Shown here one piece after another: positions 6,497-8,557 of a stretch of DNA of 8,557 bases; within the stretch, counting starts at the first letter, position 1; each line of letters begins with the position of its first letter. Location: NCBI GenBank assembly GCA_003559395.1, contig PWLL01000001.1:1-8557 (forward strand). The letters are read 5' to 3'. The translations under genes were made by a program, and so were the position numbers. The notes under the pieces are model-generated. The model was not told where the DNA came from, did not search any database, and was given only the letters and a program-made list of their open reading frames with translations. The DNA is from Candidatus Iainarchaeum sp. (lineage in GTDB: Archaea; Iainarchaeota; Iainarchaeia; Iainarchaeales; CSSED10-239).

Positions 6497-7867
6497 ATGG
6501 TTAGTTTTGGATTAGATAAAACAAAGATGAAAGACTTTAAGAAAACAAAAAAAGAGATCTTGTTAGAGATAAAACCATCAACAAAACAAGTTTTAAAAGA
6601 AAAGAAAATAGTAGATGATATTCTCAAAAAAATAAACCAATCTTCAGGAAGCCATAAAAAAGCAATACTTGCAGGATCTTTTGCAAGAGGAACTCATCTA
6701 AAAGATTCTAAAGACTTTGATATTTTTGTTCTTTATCCACCAGAAATAACAAACGAACAATTTATTGAAGAAGGACTGTCTTTAGGAAAACAAGTTTTTA
6801 AAGGTTATTTTTGGGAAAAAGCATATTCTCAACATCCATATATAAGAGGAATTATTGATGAATATAAAATAGAGATTGTTCCAGCGTATGATATTGAAAA
6901 TTTAAAATATTTAAAATCTGCAGTAGATAGAACACCACACCATCAAAAGTTTGTTCAAAAAATTCTTAAAAGCTCTCAAAAAGACGAAGTTAGATTATTA
7001 AAACACTTTCTTAAAAAAATAGATGGTTATGGATCAGATGCACAATATGAAGGGTTTGCTGGTTATCTTTGTGAGTTGTTAGTTATTTATTATAAAGATT
7101 TTTTAGGAGTCTTAGAAGCAGTTAGCAATTGGCGTTTTCCTGTTAAGCTTGCAGTTGTTGGAGAACAACATAAATATTTAGATGATTTTGATGATTTTTT
7201 AGTTGTTGTTGATCCTGTAGATAATAACAGAAATGTTGGTTCAGCAGTTTCAAAAACAACTGTATCTAAGTTTGTTTTAGCTGCAAGAAAGTTTTTAGAA
7301 AACCCAACAACTGATTTTTTTAGAAAAAGAGCAGTTAGACAACTAACCTATCATCAACTTGTAGGTGTCATAGAAAGTGTGCCTATGGTTGTTGTACAAA
7401 TAGATGTTAAAGATACACTAAAAGATATTGTTTGGTCAAAAACTAAAAGTTTGAGAAAAAAGTTAGTTTCTTTTTTAGAAAAGAATGGTTTTTCTATATT
7501 AAAATCAGATATCTATTATACAGAAAACAATGACTTTGCATATGTTTTTTTTATGCTAAACACTTTAGAAGTGTCTTCTTTAAGAAAACATGAAGGACCG
7601 TTAGTTTCAGATATTGTAAATTCAGAAAATTTTATAAATAATGCGAAAGGGGTTTTTGGGCCGTTTATAAAAGAAGATAGACTTTATGTTATAAAACAGA
7701 TACAAAAAACAAATGTTAAACATATTTTACAAGACTTTTTAATAACATCTTCAGAAGAAACACATCTTTATGTTGATAAAGAAATAAGAGAACTTTATTT
7801 AAAAAATACAGAGCTTGCAGATTGTTTTGCTTGGTTTTTGGTAAAGAAAGAAGTATTTCTTTTGTAA
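6497..7867 (+). CDS. cca: CCA-adding enzyme (archaeal class I tRNA nucleotidyltransferase)
   Basis: This is a 456-aa ORF. It has the class I nucleotidyltransferase signature LAGSFARGTHLKDSKDFDIFVL (GSxxxGT...DxD), followed by AVDRTPHHQKF and GFAGYLCELL, which are typical of archaeal CCA-adding enzymes. The length is typical. Confidence 0.92.
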   Translation: MVSFGLDKTKMKDFKKTKKEILLEIKPSTKQVLKEKKIVDDILKKINQSSGSHKKAILAGSFARGTHLKDSKDFDIFVLYPPEITNEQFIEEGLSLGKQVFKGYFWEKAYSQHPYIRGIIDEYKIEIVPAYDIENLKYLKSAVDRTPHHQKFVQKILKSSQKDEVRLLKHFLKKIDGYGSDAQYEGFAGYLCELLVIYYKDFLGVLEAVSNWRFPVKLAVVGEQHKYLDDFDDFLVVVDPVDNNRNVGSAVSKTTVSKFVLAARKFLENPTTDFFRKRAVRQLTYHQLVGVIESVPMVVVQIDVKDTLKDIVWSKTKSLRKKLVSFLEKNGFSILKSDIYYTENNDFAYVFFMLNTLEVSSLRKHEGPLVSDIVNSENFINNAKGVFGPFIKEDRLYVIKQIQKTNVKHILQDFLITSSEETHLYVDKEIRELYLKNTELADCFAWFLVKKEVFLL

Positions 7868-7871
7868 AAGA

Positions 7872-7943
7872 TGGGTCTAAAGGGAATCGAACCCTTGTCT
7901 GTTGGTCCGAAGCCAACTGTACTATCCTCTATACTATAGACCC
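7872..7943 (-). tRNA. tRNA-Arg (anticodon UCG), no intron, 3' CCA not encoded
   Basis: The minus strand reads GGGTCTA TA GTAT AGAGGATA GTAC A GTTGG CTTCGGA CCAAC AGAC AAGGG TTCGATT CCCTT TAGACCC A. The 7-bp acceptor stem, 5-bp anticodon stem and 5-bp T stem are all perfect. The D-loop has GG and the T-loop is TTCGATT. Anticodon-loop positions 34-36 are TCG. The next bases are TCTTTT, not CCA. Confidence 0.9.
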
Positions 7944-8094
7944 AAATGATTCCTTTTAAAAGATGTTGCTTTCTATAAATATTATATAGTCATACATTTT
8001 TATAAATGATGTGCTTTATAGAATATTAGACTTTTTTATAAGAAATAATTTTTAAAAAAAAAGAACCTTATTAAAGAAAAAAGAGGTAATTATT
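7944..8094. promoter_or_regulatory. Divergent promoter spacer between tRNA-Arg (-) and the Zn-ribbon/aEF-1beta operon (+)
   Basis: The spacer holds TATA-like elements in both orientations. TTTATA on the minus strand lies at 7979-7974, about 31 nt upstream of the tRNA 5' end. TTTTTATAAAT lies at 7997-8007. TTTTTTATAAG at 8032-8042 faces the + strand operon. GAGGT (8083-8087) lies 7 nt before ATG 8095. Confidence 0.35.
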
Positions 8095-8250
8095 ATGAAA
8101 AACTGTACAAGCTGTAATGTTGAAGTAGTTACAAACTATACATCTTTTAAATGTCCAAAATGCGGTCATGGAAAAATAGTAAGATGTGATAGATGTAAAA
8201 CAACTATAAAAAAATATAAATGTCCTGAATGTAAATTTATTGGACCATAA
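8095..8250 (+). CDS. Small Zn-ribbon protein with four CxxC motifs (COG2888-like, predicted translation-associated Zn-ribbon RNA-binding protein)
   Basis: This ORF is not in the supplied ORF track. I translated it by hand as MKNCTSCNVEVVTNYTSFKCPKCGHGKIVRCDRCKTTIKKYKCPECKFIGP, 51 aa, with TAA at 8248-8250. CxxC motifs lie at residues 4-7, 20-23, 31-34 and 43-46. A strong SD (GAGGT) sits upstream. It lies immediately upstream of aEF-1beta, which is the conserved archaeal position of this family. Confidence 0.8.
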   Translation: MKNCTSCNVEVVTNYTSFKCPKCGHGKIVRCDRCKTTIKKYKCPECKFIGP

Positions 8251-8264
8251 AGGAGTTGAGATAT

Positions 8265-8531
8265 ATGGGAGATATATTAACTGTTTATAAGATATATCCA
8301 GAAGAAGTAGAACAAACAGAAAAGATTGTGGAAAAGATAAAAGAAAATTTGCCACAAGAATTTAAGTTAAACACAATTGAACTTGAACCTGTTGCTTTTG
8401 GTTTAAAAGTAGTAAAAGCTTCTTTTGTTTTTCCAGACAAGATAAGTGGTTTGTCTGAAAAATTAGAAAGTTATTTAAAAGCAATTGAAGAAGTTAGTGA
8501 AATTGATGTTTTAGGCCAAACATTAATATGA
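8265..8531 (+). CDS. ef1b: Translation elongation factor aEF-1 beta
   Basis: The translation MGDILTVYKIYPEEVE...EPVAFGLKVVKASFVFPD...IEEVSEIDVLGQTLI follows the aEF-1beta pattern (MGDV..KVMPE...EPIAFGL...V...I.GV..). The length of 88 aa is typical. I prefer ATG 8265 over the TTG 8256 start given in the ORF track, because AGGAG (8251-8255) then sits 9 nt upstream. The stop is TGA at 8529-8531. Confidence 0.88.
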   Translation: MGDILTVYKIYPEEVEQTEKIVEKIKENLPQEFKLNTIELEPVAFGLKVVKASFVFPDKISGLSEKLESYLKAIEEVSEIDVLGQTLI

Positions 8532-8548
8532 TTTTTTGTGTGTTTTTT
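8532..8548 (+). terminator. Probable archaeal oligo-T transcription terminator after ef1b
   Basis: Two T6 tracts (8532-8537 and 8543-8548) lie directly after the stop codon. They are followed by AAAAACAC, which is complementary to GTGTTTTT. Oligo-T tracts are the known intrinsic termination signal for archaeal RNA polymerase. Confidence 0.45.
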
Positions 8549-8557
8549 AAAAACACC

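Noticed and set aside
7716-7916. 66-aa minus-strand ORF spanning the cca 3' end and the tRNA
   Set aside because: It overlaps a canonical tRNA gene and the cca CDS. It is an artefact of ORF calling.
8071-8355. 94-aa minus-strand ORF opposite the Zn-ribbon and ef1b genes
   Set aside because: The opposite strand encodes two recognisable conserved proteins with good SD sites. The minus-strand translation is Phe/Leu/Ser-rich with no motif.
1-8557. CRISPR arrays, transposases, integrases, toxin-antitoxin or defence genes, prophage remnants
   Set aside because: I saw no spaced direct-repeat array, no terminal inverted repeats flanking an ORF, and no ORF with recognisable mobile-element or defence motifs. 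All the large ORFs except two orphans are housekeeping genes.

Overview
This is an AT-rich (about 30% GC by eye), gene-dense archaeal chromosomal segment. It most likely comes from a small-genome DPANN-type archaeon. That is an inference from the archaea-specific marker genes, the very Lys/Ile/Asn-rich proteins and the short spacers. The content is almost entirely housekeeping. The + strand run 255-4779 carries a long-type FKBP peptidyl-prolyl isomerase, the proteasome beta subunit, the aCPSF1/FttA beta-CASP ribonuclease, a Fap7/AK6-like P-loop kinase and a membrane-anchored orphan protein. The - strand pair 4772-6383 carries a Lys-rich membrane orphan translationally coupled to diphthamide synthase Dph2. 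These are followed by a class I CCA-adding enzyme, a convergent tRNA-Arg(UCG), and a four-CxxC Zn-ribbon micro-protein paired with aEF-1beta. I could not support any CRISPR array, mobile element, defence island or novel multi-gene system. The strongest observation is in the universally conserved aCPSF1 gene. It is one continuous frame (1646-3541, 630 sense codons) broken by a single in-frame TAA at 2174-2176, at the junction of the KH and metallo-beta-lactamase domains. No ATG, GTG or TTG restart codon occurs before the catalytic HxHxDH motif. Secondary observations are a 51-aa Zn-ribbon ORF missing from the ORF track, two orphan membrane proteins, unusual gene overlaps on both sides of dph2, and an imperfect direct repeat in the tRNA/Zn-ribbon divergent spacer.
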